Source of the DNA: Neocallimastix sp. 'constans'
Taxonomy: Eukaryota
DNA: 64,000 nt
Direction of reading: 5' to 3'
Assembly (NCBI GenBank): GCA_050613775.1
Contig: JBODTK010000011.1
Span: forward strand, 1,488,001-1,552,000
Each line of letters begins with the position of its first letter. Positions within the stretch are counted from its first letter, which is position 1. The notes beneath the pieces were generated by a model. The model had not been told where the DNA came from and did no database searches. It saw only the letters and a list, made by a program, of their open reading frames with translations. Below, one piece after another: positions 10,362 to 28,125 of the stretch. Position numbers and translations under genes: made by a program.

Positions 10362-10535
10362 GATACACAATTTATTGTATAATAATTACCTCTTTTTCAG
10401 TTCATTCTATATATAATTCGCCACTTTTTTAACCTCTTTTTTTATCTATATTAAAAATTAATTATAAAAATTATAATTAATATATATTGTTTTTCATGCT
10501 TTTTAATTATAAAATAATATAATTTAATTAAATAT

Positions 10536-10624
10536 AAACGATCAGTTAAGCATGAATGGTAGAAAAAAGTTTATCAACAGTGAATAACTCTTCTGACTCG
10601 TCATCAGTAGTCCTCATCTCGTTT
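10536..10624 (-). ncRNA. snR75: Box C/D snoRNA, snR75 ortholog (25S Gm2288 equivalent)
   Basis: C ATGAGGA, guide GATGACGAG complementary to LSU CUCGUCAUC, D' CAGA, second rRNA complementarity CCATTCATGC, D CTGA, terminal stem AAACGA/TCGTTT. Confidence 0.87.
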
Positions 10625-10801
10625 ATATTTAATTTAAATATCATTATTATTAAATCATTTAATGTAACAACATTGCTTACCTTTTTATTATTACTTCAAT
10701 TTTAATTTTCTAACTTTTTATATTAATAATTCATATTAATATAACTTAATTTCATTTACTATATTTTTCAATAATTAAAAAAAAACATTTTTAAATATAT
10801 T

Positions 10802-10893
10802 TTTATCAGAATGACTTTCTGAAGGTCATTATAGTTTTATCTACACATTATGTATTCAGCGCCCAGTGCGTCCAAAGACGCACCATCATTTAA
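10802..10893 (-). ncRNA. snR76: Box C/D snoRNA, snR76 ortholog (25S Cm2197 equivalent)
   Basis: C ATGATGG, guide GCACTGGGC complementary to LSU GCCCAGUGC, D' CTGA, D CTGA; internal hairpins. Confidence 0.83.
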
Positions 10894-11038
10894 AAATATA
10901 TTCAAAAAATACGTTTTTTCTTTTTATATTGAAAAAAATAATAATAAATATTTAAATAATATTAATTTAATATCATTAATATTAAATATTTAGTATTATT
11001 GAAAATCTTTTTAAGCAGATATATATAGAGCAAAAATA

Positions 11039-11122
11039 TTTATCAGATGTGCCCAGACATTTTCAACACTTTGATTCAGCCGGTAATTCCAGCTATAGTT
11101 ATCTGATGTTTTCATCATTTAA
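11039..11122 (-). ncRNA. snR77: Box C/D snoRNA, snR77 ortholog (18S Um578)
   Basis: C ATGATGA, guide AGCTGGAATTACCG complementary to 18S CGGUAAUUCCAGCU, D' CTGA, D CTGA; the +5 rule gives the U of CGGU. Confidence 0.9.
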
Positions 11123-11262
11123 AATATTTTTCATATATACCACTTTTTTATATAATAATATAAATTATTAATTAATTTATTAATTAAATAAATTAATACA
11201 ATATTTATATTATTTTAGTAAATATAAATTAAAATTAATACTATTTATTATTTAAAAATAAT

Positions 11263-11338
11263 TTAATCAGGGCATGAAGGTTTATAATCACTAATTATGA
11301 TTCAGAAACTCTAGTTTGTTTATGCAAACATCATTTTG
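11263..11338 (-). ncRNA. snR78: Box C/D snoRNA, snR78 ortholog (25S Um2421 equivalent)
   Basis: C ATGATGT, guide CAAACTAGAGT complementary to LSU ACUCUAGUUUG, D' CTGA, C' GTGATTA, D CTGA. Confidence 0.87.
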
Positions 11339-11716
11339 TTTTATTTTTAAATAATAACATTTTATAGTAAATTCAATCTTTAAAACCTAAACGTATTAAA
11401 TAAAAAAAAAATTTCGAACTTCTTTTATTAAAGCTCTTAATTTTCTTTTTTTGAATTCATTATAATTAAATACTACTTCAAATAATCAAACCAGAAGGAG
11501 GATTAAAATATTTAGAATTGGCTTAGTTGAATTTAAATAAAATAAAAAAAAAAAAAATCCAATCAAAATAATACTATAATATGATTGGACAATTACTTTT
11601 AGACTTTTTATTTATATATTTTAAAAATTTTTATTATTCACCGAACATTTATATAGTTATTTATTTATTTATTTATTTATTTATGTATATATTTATGTAT
11701 TTATGTATTTATGTAT

Positions 11717-11779
<63 letters not shown>

Positions 11780-13321
11780 TGTATGTATGTATGTATGTAT
11801 GTATGTATGTATGTTTTTTTTTTTATGTATTTATTTATTTATTTAGAGTAAAGATTAAAACTTTTAAAAAAAAAAAACGAAAAAGTGTATAATCTTTCAT
11901 ATTTCATAAATAAGCCAATATGTCCATTTAAATTTTAAGATAATTCATTAATTGTTCTTTCATCTGCTTTTATATTTTTTTTAATTATGTCAGTTATATT
12001 GATTTCTTCATCATTGATATTATGTTAATATAGTTTTTTTTTTTTTTTTTTTTACTAGCTTTTTTATATTAATATCTGATTTGATACCTCTCAAATATCA
12101 TTATCTTTTGCTATAAATTTATCTATTTCCATTATTATATTATCATGTATAGTTTTAATATTTTCATTTATTATATTCAATAATTTTTCTTTATCTTCAT
12201 TGCTTAATCCAAATTTATTATTTTTTTTAATAATATTATTTAAGATATTACTCTATTAATTCCTATTTTTATTTACCATTAGTTTTTCTATTATGTTAAT
12301 ATATATTCTACCTACCTTAAATTAATTCTATTCCATTATCATTTATGATATTATCCCCCTTTAAATTTTCTTTGATAATATCTGTTATTGTATTATATAC
12401 AGCATAAGATTCATTTAATATATTATTTAAATTAAGACTTTTTAATGGAATGAATATCAGGGAATAATTTAGTCATAATTTTTTTTTCTTTGTTTGTTTA
12501 TTTGTTTGTTTTTATTTTCAAAACTTTTTAAATAAGGAATGAATATCATAGCTAGATGCTTTTTTTTTATTAGTTTCCAATATTATTTTTTTTTTTAGCT
12601 ATTCCATCTGTATCATAGTTAATAAATATAAGACTTATAATTAACTACTATAGTATAATATAATTATTAATATTTTATAACATTTTATAATAAACCCAAT
12701 ACTTTCAATGTATAAAAATATCCATGAATTCAAACATATTTTTCTTTTTTTTTTTTTTTACTTTTTGATTAGTAATATTTATTTAATTTATTATTATTAT
12801 AATGTTCAATAAGTGTTTCAATAAGTGGCATATTAAGATAATCCATATATATATATATTTTATTTGCGTAATTTATTAATAAATTTAGTTTGTCTATCTA
12901 TTTATCTTCAATTCTACTAGCATTATACTCAGGGGCAGTGTGGGAATAATGAGGTGGTCAATAACACTTAATAAATGTTTTTTTTTTTATGCAAAGACGG
13001 ATATTATCCCTACTGAAAGGTTTTAAGAGTGTTCAGCTATGGCACGTTGACATGCATATTATTATAGTAGATTTTTTTAGAGTAAGTTTTTTTATAGGAA
13101 AAGGTTGCGCAACTACTGTCATTTAATACATTTTCAATGAAATTCCTGATATAATGGGTACATATTATTTATCCATGTTGATATATTCTACTAAAATTAC
13201 ATATTTTATTGGGTTAAGTTATACTGAAGAGGCACTTGGTCCACAATTAGGATTGAACCTTGTCTCTATTACATATTACATATGGAGATTGAAAATGAAA
13301 TGAATAATAATAATAATAATA

Positions 13322-13352
<31 letters not shown>

Positions 13353-13810
13353 TATAATAACAATAATAATAATAATATATGAATATAAGAGTAGGATGGA
13401 AAAATAAATAAATATTTACTTACTACTTTACTATTAACCCTAACCCACCTCATTCCAGTAAAAAAAAAAAAATAACTTTTAAGAAAATGGTCAAAGGGTG
13501 AGTCTTAGGTAGGTTAGTTCCATCCATGAAGAGAATAAGGCCTACATGAGTTCAAGAGCAGTTTTGTAAGGGTCCAATCTGACTTAACAACAACAAAGAG
13601 GATAAAAATCTGGTTCAATAATAATGATCAGAAAAAAAAAAACATTTTTATATGGTCCTCCGTAAAAGTTAAGCTATATTAAATAAATTAATAAAATTCA
13701 TTCTATGATAATTTTGTGTTACGCATATAAATTTATGATAGTATAACATAAAAACTATGTAAAACATAAGAAATTTTAGAAAATAAAAATCAATAATATT
13801 AAAAAAAAAC

Positions 13811-13841
<31 letters not shown>

Positions 13842-14021
13842 CTTAATAATTTTTTTCTTTCTAATAATTTTTTTCTTTCTATTTATTTATTTATAAAGTA
13901 TTTTTTTTTTTTTTTAATAGAAAATTTAAAATTTAAAATTTAAAATTTGAAATTAAAAATTTAAAAATTTATATTTATTTATAAATTATATATATATATA
14001 TATAAAGAAAAAAAAAAAGAC

Positions 14022-17290
<3,269 letters not shown>

Positions 17291-17298
17291 AATAAAAA

Positions 17299-17384
<86 letters not shown>

Positions 17385-17948
17385 AAAAAAAAAAAAGATA
17401 AAATATTAGTTTTTATAAATATTATTTTATATATATATATATATTACTTTATTTTTATTTTTTTTTTCTTTATCAATCTTTTTATTTAATGAAAACTATC
17501 GATCGACCCCATCCATATTATAATTTATATTTAAGAAGAAATAAATAAATAATAAATAAAAAAATAAAAAAATAAAAAAAAAAAAAAAAAATTATTTTTT
17601 ATTATTTTGGTTATAGTTTTATTTTTAAGAACTTGACTCAAAGGAAAATCTTATAAATAATACTAAAAAATAAAAATGAAAATATTATTTTATTTTATTT
17701 TTATTTTTATTTTTTTATTATTATTTTATTATTTAAAATTTTATTTTATTGTATTCTATTTTATTATTATTATTATTATTATTTTTACTTGGTAAAAAAA
17801 AAAAAAAAAGACATGATCCATTTGATCATATATCAAAAAAATGATAAATAAAAAAATATTCATATATAAATATATAAGAAATAAATATATATATAATATT
17901 AAAATAAATAATTAAAAAACTAATAATAATAATTATAATAATAATAAC

Positions 17949-18013
<65 letters not shown>

Positions 18014-18563
18014 TAATAATAAAAACAATTTATTATAAAAAAAATTACACATTTTCTATTTATTTATTTTTTTTCTTTTTAATTTTTTTTTTATTTTTTA
18101 TTTTTATTTTTTTTATTTTTTTTTTATAAAAATAAATTATTTAAATAATATATATATAGATATATAAAAAAAAGTAGTTTCTTTTTTTTTTTTTTTTTTT
18201 TTTTAACAAATTTAGGTTAGGTAAAAATATATTAAATAAATAATAGATAATGATTATATTATTAATAACAAGTTTAAAAAATATTGAAATTTTATTTGTG
18301 AGAAATATTATATATTTTTCTTTGTAAATAATAACTATGAAGGTAATTTATTTATTTGTATTAATTTTTAGGTGTTATATTTATATCTTTTTCTATTTTA
18401 ATTATTATTATTATTATTTTTTTTTTTAAATTTATTATTATAATTTTTATTTTTTCTATTTATCTATTTAATTATATACTTTTGTAAAAATTTAATTTCA
18501 ATTTCTTGAGGATTGTGAAGGGAAGGATTAGTGGGAGGATTTATTTCTTAATATTTCGTTTTT

Positions 18564-18605
<42 letters not shown>

Positions 18606-18695
18606 CAAAATCATTTTAAAATAACGATTGAATTTTTTTTTATTGATATTTTATATTATCTTAATAATTATTATTAATAATAATATTATTATTTT

Positions 18696-21355
18696 TTATT
18701 CCAAATGTTGATAAGCCGATTCAGAAGGATTTCTATAGATACGAAATTGATATACGATTATTACATCAAAGATGAAGGTACCTACACTACCAAATAAATA
18801 AGGTAAAGTACCGAAAAAGAATTTATCATCAATGGGTGGGAAACGGGTCATAATGGAGAGACCATAGAATAAATTACCTAAAATGGTACAGATGAAAAGA
18901 AGAATGGAGAGTCCCTCCACGGAACGATTTCTACGATTATCAATAATTTGTGGAATTCGACAATAGAAATAAAGTATACCACAACTCCATGCCATAAAAC
19001 TACCAAAAACTTTTTGAGCCTTACTAAGATGTGGTCCTTCATCACAAAGTTTGACCTCACCATTATAAATATCAAGAAGGGTACTTGAACTTCTTCTTCT
19101 TTTTCCACTATTACTATAGTAACCTTCTGGCCAATAGAAAGCTCTAGCTTGTACTTGAATAATGAATAATGATAATAAAGCAATGGTTTGAATCACCGAA
19201 GATAAACCTTTTACTTTTCTATTTTTCTTTCCCTTCTTTCCCTTCTTGCCTTTCTTTCCCTTCTTTTTCTTCTTACCCTTATTAAGAGAGGATTCACTTC
19301 GATTTAAACTTTCATTAGGATGACTTCCTTCTTCCTCTTCTTCATCACCTTCACCGTCTTCACCTTCATCCTTTGTATCTAAACTTAAGGTACTTACTTC
19401 TTTACTACTATCTTCGTAAAGAGATTCTCTACTTTTTTCACCTTCTTCTTCTACTTCATCTTCAGTATTTGTCACTAAAATTTCTTGACTTTCCTTCTTC
19501 GTACTTCTCATGTTGACTTGAGAAAGTGAACCACTGACGGAAGCACTGAAAGCATTATCATGGGTATCTTTATTTATATTTGTAGTAATATTATAAATTG
19601 GTACTTCATTAATTTGTTCTTGAGTTTGAGCTTGAGTTTGAGCTTCTTGCTGTTTTTGACTAATTTCATCAAGAGTTTCATATTTTTCATTGGATTGGGA
19701 TGATTTTAATTCTGGTTTTAATTCTGGTTGTGGTTGGGATTGTGATTTTGGTTCAGTAGTAACTTTTATAGTTTCATTATCAAAAGAAGAAGGTTTAAAA
19801 CCTTTTGAAATAAACAAACTTGATAGAGATCCACTTTCATTATCTTTGTTATTATTATTATTATTATTAATTATAGTAGGATCTGATGGATTCTTTGAAG
19901 AAGAGGTGGAAATTTCTTCAATATTAACTTTTGGAGTACCGTCTGTGGCATCTACAGGATCTAATGGTGGTTTAATAGGTGATTTTTGAATATCACTAAA
20001 CGTTTCATAAGTATGTTGAGGGGAAGAAATATTAAGATCTTTTGGATTATTAGACTCACCACCTTCCGTTTTAACAATTAAGCGATCATATTCATTTGGT
20101 TCTTGATTTTCCCCATTACCTCGACTATTTGAATTCTTGTAAAAGTATTTATAATATATATATTGACCTATAATGATAATTTCCATTAATGCGAAATAAA
20201 TACCAACCACTTTTTGAATTGGATATTGTTCAGTTAAAACAGTACCAATATAATTAGCTATTAAAGTTTTTTTTTTATTTTTTTTTTATTTTTTATTTTT
20301 TCCATTATTTTTCATTGATTTTTTTTTTATAGTTACATATATGTATATAATGTAAATAAGTATTATATGAAATATATATATTATATATAGTATTAGAATA
20401 TAGAATTTTTATATTTTTATTAAAAATATTATTGATATATTAAAAACTATGATTTAATATCTTTTTTTCATTTTTTTTTTTTTTTTTTAATACCAAAATC
20501 TCCAATGAACCAAATAATAATTAAAAGTAAAGACAACCCATCGGTACTTTTTCTTCTGTAGTTTTCATAGATCTGTGGATAGAAAGCTATGCATTATTAT
20601 TTTTCAATTTTTATATTTTTGAATATAAAATTTAATAATAAATGTTAGTAAAAAAATTATTTGTGTTGTATTATTATTTTATTTTATTTTTTTATACCAA
20701 TGAAATAAAAGACAATAGAAATAACTCCTGCATAATAACTGAACTTTTCTAATGGGGTATAGATACAATCACCTATAAAATATAGAAAATATTTGTAAAA
20801 TATTAATATTTTCCTTTTTTTAAATAAAATATTATTAATTACACTAATTATAAAATAATAATAATATATCTTAACTTTTCTTATATATATATATATTTTA
20901 AAATAAAATATTAATATTATTATTATTGAAAAATTTTATCAAAATTTTTATAATTGCTATTAATATTAATTTAGTAATTATACAAATAATGTTTATTATT
21001 TTAAAAAATAGTTTAAAAATTTTCATAATATGTATTAATAAAATTCAATTCAATTCATATATCGAAAAATAATATATAGTTCTTTAATATATATATTTTT
21101 CTTAATTAATCTTTATTAAAAAATTTCAATATTATTTATACTCTTAAAGATTTTTAAAACAATTTATTTTTCTAAATTACTCTTAAAGATTTTTGAAACA
21201 ATTTATTTTTCTAAATTATGTAATGTAATAATATATATATTTATTTAAATAGTTTCATTACCGAAAATGACACCAATCCACTTTACATAATTATATCCTT
21301 CTTTTACTGCAGGGTCACAGATACAATCAACCCCGAGACCGAAACCGAAACCCAT
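18696..21355 (-). CDS. PQ-loop family vacuolar/lysosomal amino acid transporter (Ypq/PQLC2-like); exons ~21355-21262, ~20772-20698, ~20587-20495, ~20257-18696
   Basis: Two PQ motifs: AFYPQIYENYRRKSTDGLS (spliced) and YCRIPQIIDNRRNRSVEGLS. N-terminal WIGVIFGDCIYTP, and a long low-complexity loop between the halves. Confidence 0.88.
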
Positions 21356-21514
21356 ATTAATATTAACTTTTTTCTTTTTTCTTTGTTTGAATATTTATTA
21401 ATACTTATTTATTTGATTTTAATTTATCTTTTCTTTTTTTTTTTTTTTTTTTTTTTTATATCTTTTTATTTTGTCAAAGTATTTTAATATTTATTTATTT
21501 ATTTTACTTTTTTT

Positions 21515-21545
<31 letters not shown>

Positions 21546-23929
21546 TGCTGTTGTTGTTCTATATTAATACAATTGTATAATTTATATTAATCTTCATTTA
21601 ATTATTAGAAAAACTAAAATAATACTACTGTAAGAATAAAAAAATTTTTTTTCTTTTATTATTAATTTATTATGATGAAAAAACGAATTGTTTAAAATGC
21701 TGAAAAAAAAGGAAGAGTACGAATATATATATTATATCCAAAGATAATGAATATTAACTAATTTCCCTTTAGTTTGTATATATATATATGTACATATATA
21801 TATATAATTTTTGTATGAAACTTTTTTTTTATTTTTTTTTCTTTATTTTATTTTTTTTTTTTGCTTTAACTGGAACCTATTTACAATTATTTAATTATAA
21901 ATAATAATTAAATATAAATATATATATATATTTTAAATGTTGAAGAAAGAAATCAACAAGGAAAAAAAAAAAAATAAAAATAAAAGTATTATTTAATTAC
22001 TAAAATAAAATAAAATAAAATATATATATATATAAAAAGAACAAATATTAATAATATAAATATAATAAATGTTTTTTTAATATAATAAATATTTTTTAAT
22101 ATAATAAATATTTTTTAATATAATAAATTGTTTTTTTTTATTATCAATATATTATATTTAAAATATATTAAGAAGAAAGAGTATTCGATAAGAGAATAAA
22201 ATAATTTTTCCCCTATCATCTATCTAAAAAATTAAAATATATTAAAAAAAAAAAACGTTCTATAAAATAATTAATTAATTAATTATTTTAATCCTAATAA
22301 TAATATAATATAAAACTAATAATAATAATAATAATAACAACAAAAATGATTATTTGTTAATTATTAATGATAGGTTTTTACTTTTATTATTTATCAGTTC
22401 CTTATTTTTATTATTTAAGATTTTTAATTATAGAAAGTATCCAAAAAATTATTATTTTTTTTTTTTATAATTATATAATATATAAATATAAATTTATTAT
22501 CATTATTATTTATTATTATTTATGATTTATTATTATTAAATATTATTATTAAATATTATATTAAATAGTACTATTCAATTATTATTATTTATTATTATTA
22601 TAAGTTCTTTTTTTATTAAAAGTTCTTTTTTTTATTATATTCTTTTTTTATTATTGTTTTTTTTACCAAACATTTTTTTTTTAATAAAAAATAAAATTAG
22701 ATATAATTAAATAATATATTTATCAATATATATTAACATATATTAATATATATTCATAAATATACTCTTATATATAAGTAAATATATTGAAATTAAATAT
22801 AAAAATAAAATGAAAATTAATTTTTTTTTTCCATTTCATTTTTCAGTTGATAATGAATTGAATCATTTGATAGATAATAATATATTATTGGTATATAATT
22901 ACAATTGAATCAAATAAATTATTTATTAAAATTTAAATAATAAATAAAATAAAAAAAAATAAAAAAATAAAAAAATAAGAAAATAAAAAAAAGGAAAAAA
23001 TGTCACATTTTTTTCTTTTTTTTTTTTTTTATATTATGGAATAAATTAGTAATAAAGAAAATTTTAATTATTTAAATTAAATATAATAATTTTTTTTTGT
23101 CATTAAACCTTTAAATAAGTCATGCTGTAATGAACAAAAAAAAAAAGAGAAAAAAAGAGAAAAAGAAAAGTTTTTATCTAATACGAAAACAATAATAAAT
23201 AATAAATAATAAATAATAAATAATAAATAATAAATAATTGAATAATAAATAATAAATAATAAATAATAAATAATAATAGTATTAATATTAATAAATGTTA
23301 ATTAAAAAGTAATAATTAAAAAAAAATAATAAATTAATAATAAAATTATAGATAATTAAATAATTATATAAAAGCCAAAAGTATCATTCTTTTTTCTCAT
23401 CACACGGAACATCAACTATTACAAAGGCTATTATTAACTAATTTTAAATGTATTCCTCTGAAACTTTATTACTATTTATTTTAATAATAATAAAAGTTTA
23501 AAGTTTTATATTCATTTCATTTAAATATGAATAAAAAACTTTAAACCTTTTTTTTTTTTTTCCTACTTTATATCATTCCATTTTTGCATAGAAATAATAA
23601 AAAAAATCATAAAGAAAGTAATATTGAAAGAGTTAAGAAATATTATAAATTACATAACTATAAATCAATAATAATAATAATAATAGTAAAAAAAGAAAAG
23701 GAATATATATATAAAGATATTGAAATAATAATGATAATAAATTTTTTTTTAAATAATAAAATTTTGAATATTTCTCCATCAATTATAAATAATATATGGA
23801 TTCTATTTATAGTAATATATTGTAATTATATTAATTCTATTCAACTTAAATTAATTTCAACCATTCAAAATTTTTAAATTTCTTTTATTTATTTAGTAAA
23901 ACATAAAATATAAAAAATAAAAAATAAAA

Positions 23930-23968
<39 letters not shown>

Positions 23969-24469
23969 TAATTATATATATTAATAAAATAAAATAAAAA
24001 TAAAATAATATGAAAGTAAAATTAGAATAAAAATAAAATAATACAAAAGTAAAATTAGAATATAAAGTATTAGTAATAATGAAAGAATAAAAATAAAAAT
24101 AAAAATAAAAAAAAAATAAAAATAAAGAAATAAAGAGATATAGGAAGAATGAATCTTTTTTTTTTCTTTTTTATTATATATACATTTTTTATAAATATAA
24201 ATGAAAAATTTAAAGTTAAAAATAATAAATATGATTTATTATAATTAATTAATAGTTAATAATTAATAATTAATAATTAATAATCATTAGTAGTTAATAA
24301 TAGTTAATTAGTAGTAAATAGTTAATGGTTAATGATGGTAATAATAGTTTTTATTTTATAATTACAGTTGAAATGAACTCATTTTCTTTTTTTATAAACT
24401 ATTTTTAATCTCCTATTCAATTAATGTTGTTTAAATTTAATAATGACTTTCAAATACCTAAATAGATTA

Positions 24470-25060
24470 TTTAATTATTTATTATTTGTTATTTAATTAT
24501 TTATTATTTATTATTTATTATTCAATTATTTATTATTTATTATTTATTATTCAATTATTTATTATTTATTATTCAATTATTTATTATTTATTATTTATTA
24601 TTTATTATTTATTATTTATTATTTATTATTTATTATTTATTATTTATTATTTATTATTTATTATTTATTATTTATTATTTATTATTTATTATTTATTATT
24701 TATTATTTATTATTTATTATTTATTATTTATTATTTAATTATTTAATTATTCAATTATTTATTATTTATTATTTATTATTTATTATTAAATTATTTATAT
24801 TTTATTATTTATTATTTATTATTCAATTATTTATTATTCATTATTTATTATTAAATTATTTATATTTTATTATTTATTATTTATAATTTATAATTTATTA
24901 CTTTTTATTTATTTATTTATTATTTATTATTAAATTATTTAATTATTTATTATTTATTTATTTATTATTTATTTATTTATTATTTATTTATTTATTTATT
25001 ATTCAATTATTTATTAATAAATATTCTATTTATTATTATTTATAATTTAATATTATTTAT
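24470..25060. repeat. (TTATTAT)n-type 7-mer satellite / low complexity
   Basis: Direct inspection; produces the spurious LLFIIYY ORF. Confidence 0.9.
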
Positions 25061-26914
25061 TATTACTAATTATAATTCAATTATTAATTAGTGTAAATTT
25101 TTTATTATAAATTATTTTCAGATTTCAAAAATTTTCAATCGATTTTCATTCGTTTATAAAAATCGAAAAAAAAAAAAAAAAAAAAAAAAGAAAAAAGAAA
25201 AAAAAATTAAAAGTCAAAGTTTAACTAATTTTTTTTTTTATAAAGATTAAAAATAATAAATAAATAAATAACGAATAAATAACGAATAAATAAATAATAA
25301 AAAAAAAAAAGAATTAAAAGAAAATAAGCAAAATAAAAAAAAAAGTTTGATTTGATAATGATTAATTAATATTTATTTAAATAAAAAAAATTTTTTATTT
25401 TTATTATCAAAAAAAAAAAAAAAAAAAAAAAAATAAAAAAGATGATTAATTCATTTTAATATATGATATAATACTATTTATATTATATAAGAGATAAACA
25501 TGCTACACTAAAATTCTATTGGATGATTCCATTTATAGAAATTTTTTAAATTAAAATATAAAAAATTAAAAAAATAAAAAAAAAAAAAAAAAACAGAATA
25601 AGATTTTAAACACGAAAGGAAGGAAAAGGTCACTTATATTTATTAAAATATTTATTGACCTTGTTTTGTTTTCTTACTTTTTTTTCATTCTTTTTTATTA
25701 TTATTATTATTAATTCTAATGGAATAGATATGAATTAATTTTTTATTTTATTTTTTAATAATTGTTATTAATTAATTAATTTATAGTTATATAAATATAT
25801 CTATTTTAAAATAAATTTAATATATAAAATAAAAATTATATATATATATATATAACGAGAGTTTATCTTTTATATACTATGTCTTTATTTAATTATATTA
25901 GTATTTATTATTTCTTTAGATAACTTCATTATGTTTTAATAAGAAAATGCCTTAATCCTTTTTATTTAATTTAAAGAATTTTTATTTTGATATTTCTTTC
26001 TCTTATTTTATTTTTATTTTTTTTAAATAAAAGATAAAAGGTAGAAACATTGATGAAATTAATCAATAATTATATCAGTTAACATAATTTATGATCATGA
26101 CTTTTTAATGAATTATTATTCCACTAATAATCATATAATCTTAACATTTTTTAATTTATTAGTTTTTTTATTTTTTATTTTTTTTTTTTTTAGTATTATT
26201 TTTATTATATATATATATATAATTACTATTACTTTTAATTTCATAAATCTTAAGTTTCCAATTATTATTTTTAGATATTCTAATTTATTATAGTTATAAT
26301 TATAGTTGAAATCAATAAAATTTAATAATAAAAATCAATATAAAGTTATTCTTTGAGGTATAATAAAGTAATTTATATAAAAATAATTTCCATATAATTT
26401 TAACATTTTTTAATTTATTAGTTTTTTTATTTTTTATTTTTTATTTTTTAATATATATATTTCTGTTTTTAAAGTCCCATTGAAATTTGTCACAAGTATT
26501 GCTATTAGCTTCATATAGAATCTATAATATAAATTAGTATTAAAAGAAGGAGAGGAATAATGAAAGAGATAAAAAAAAAAAAAAACGAAAAAAAAACAGA
26601 AGAGATATGAATAAGATTTAGATATGGAAAAAAAATAGAGGAGAGAGTGAGAGATTTATTTATTATAATTTTTTTTTTTTTTTTTTTTTTTTACCGGGTA
26701 TGTTCTATAAATTTATATGGTAATATTTTACCATATATACATATATATATTATTGATGACTTCCAAAAAAAAAAGAAAAAAAAAAATAGAACAATTATTA
26801 CAATTGTTCGTACCCATATCACAGATGATGAGTATACGAACATCTTCAATCATCAATGGTTACCTTTTCACTCCCTTATAATTTATATCACTTTTTTTTT
26901 AAATTTTTTTTATA

Positions 26915-26956
<42 letters not shown>

Positions 26957-27043
26957 TTTTATTGTAATTCAAATTTAAATTTAATATTTCATTTAAAACA
27001 AAAAACGAAAAACAAAAAAACAAAATTTAATTTAATATAAAAC

Positions 27044-27310
27044 TGTTAAATATAGCACTTAAAATAAGAAATAATATATATATTTTATTATGTGTTTATT
27101 TATTTATTTTATTGCTTTTATATTGAGAAAGACCAACTTCATTTAAGAATATGCCATTACATGTTATTTATAATTATTTTCTATAGTAGTCTAATATTAT
27201 TGGTAACATTTAATGTAACACTGCATTATATTATTGAATAAAAATGTTTTACACCTAATAATGTAGTATAATGTAAAATGTAATCAATCACATAACCGTG
27301 ATGTTTAACA
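27044..27310 (-). repeat. Copia 3' LTR
   Basis: TG...CA ends, adjacent PPT, similar to 32075-32331. Confidence 0.85.
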
Positions 27311-28092
27311 TTCCCCCTACATTGGCATTTTTCTAAATTTTCATGATGAAATCGGCAAAGTATTTAAGCTTGGGTCCACCTATACTTTTGGTTAGTGAAT
27401 CTGCCCTCATTGAGTTAAAACCAATGAGTGTTAATTTAATTTCTCTTTTTATAATTTCATCTTGAACATATTTGCATTTTATATCCATATATTTACGTTG
27501 TCCCTTTTGGTTTTCATTTTTAGCTATATTCTTACATAGTTTATTATCTATTCTAATATTAATTCTAATATTTTTGTTAAATATAATAATTTCATTTACT
27601 AATCTTCTTATCCATATCAGAAAATCTTTCAGTTTGATTTACTGCATATGTTATATCTAATCTTGTTTTTTATTGATACCTATCATAGAGATCCAATCAA
27701 TCTTTTATAATCAGTTTTATTAATTTTTTTCAATAGTTTTCTCTATTTTTCTAATTTTTGCATTAATACATGGTGTTCTAGTTATTTTAGAATTGTTTGT
27801 ATTATTGATAGTCAGCATTTTTTTCAATATAATCTTTTTGATTAATATAGTAGCCTTTATTTGTTTTAACTGTATTAATTCCGATGATTTTGTTTTGCTG
27901 TTTTATCTTTAGAGATTTTATATTTATGTTTTATCTTTAAAACAACTTTGGTAAATTTCTTTATTCTCTCTTGCAATTAATATATCATCAATATAAAGTG
28001 TTAGTAATAAGCATAATTTATTATTTTTTATATTTACCAAATAAACAATTATCTGTATTATATTGATAATTGGAAGTGTATTCTCTTCCCTG

Positions 28093-28125
<33 letters not shown>

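Larger units (their letters stand above)
9890..11480 (-). ncRNA. Spliced, apparently non-coding snoRNA host transcript (ends uncertain)
   Basis: An AG...GT exon lies between each pair of snoRNAs: 11142-11141 (2 nt), 10919-10913 (7 nt), ~10709-10681, 10445-10390, 10194-10112. TACTAA[A/T]-like branch points occur at ~11220, ~10995, ~10227 and ~9935. Confidence 0.65.

Noticed and set aside
10585..10612. CTGATGA on the minus strand as a hammerhead ribozyme core
   Set aside because: No stem II/GAAA arrangement; explained by the snR75 guide.
11581..11892. Hydrophobic ORF (also 13247, 24486, 26108, 39905, 45356, 52830, 53587, 60483 and similar)
   Set aside because: Low-complexity AT-rich repeats giving F/I/Y/L/K-only peptides.
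12595..12625. YDTDG as a PolB catalytic motif (Polinton or virus)
   Set aside because: Isolated short match with no other polymerase motifs recognised around it.
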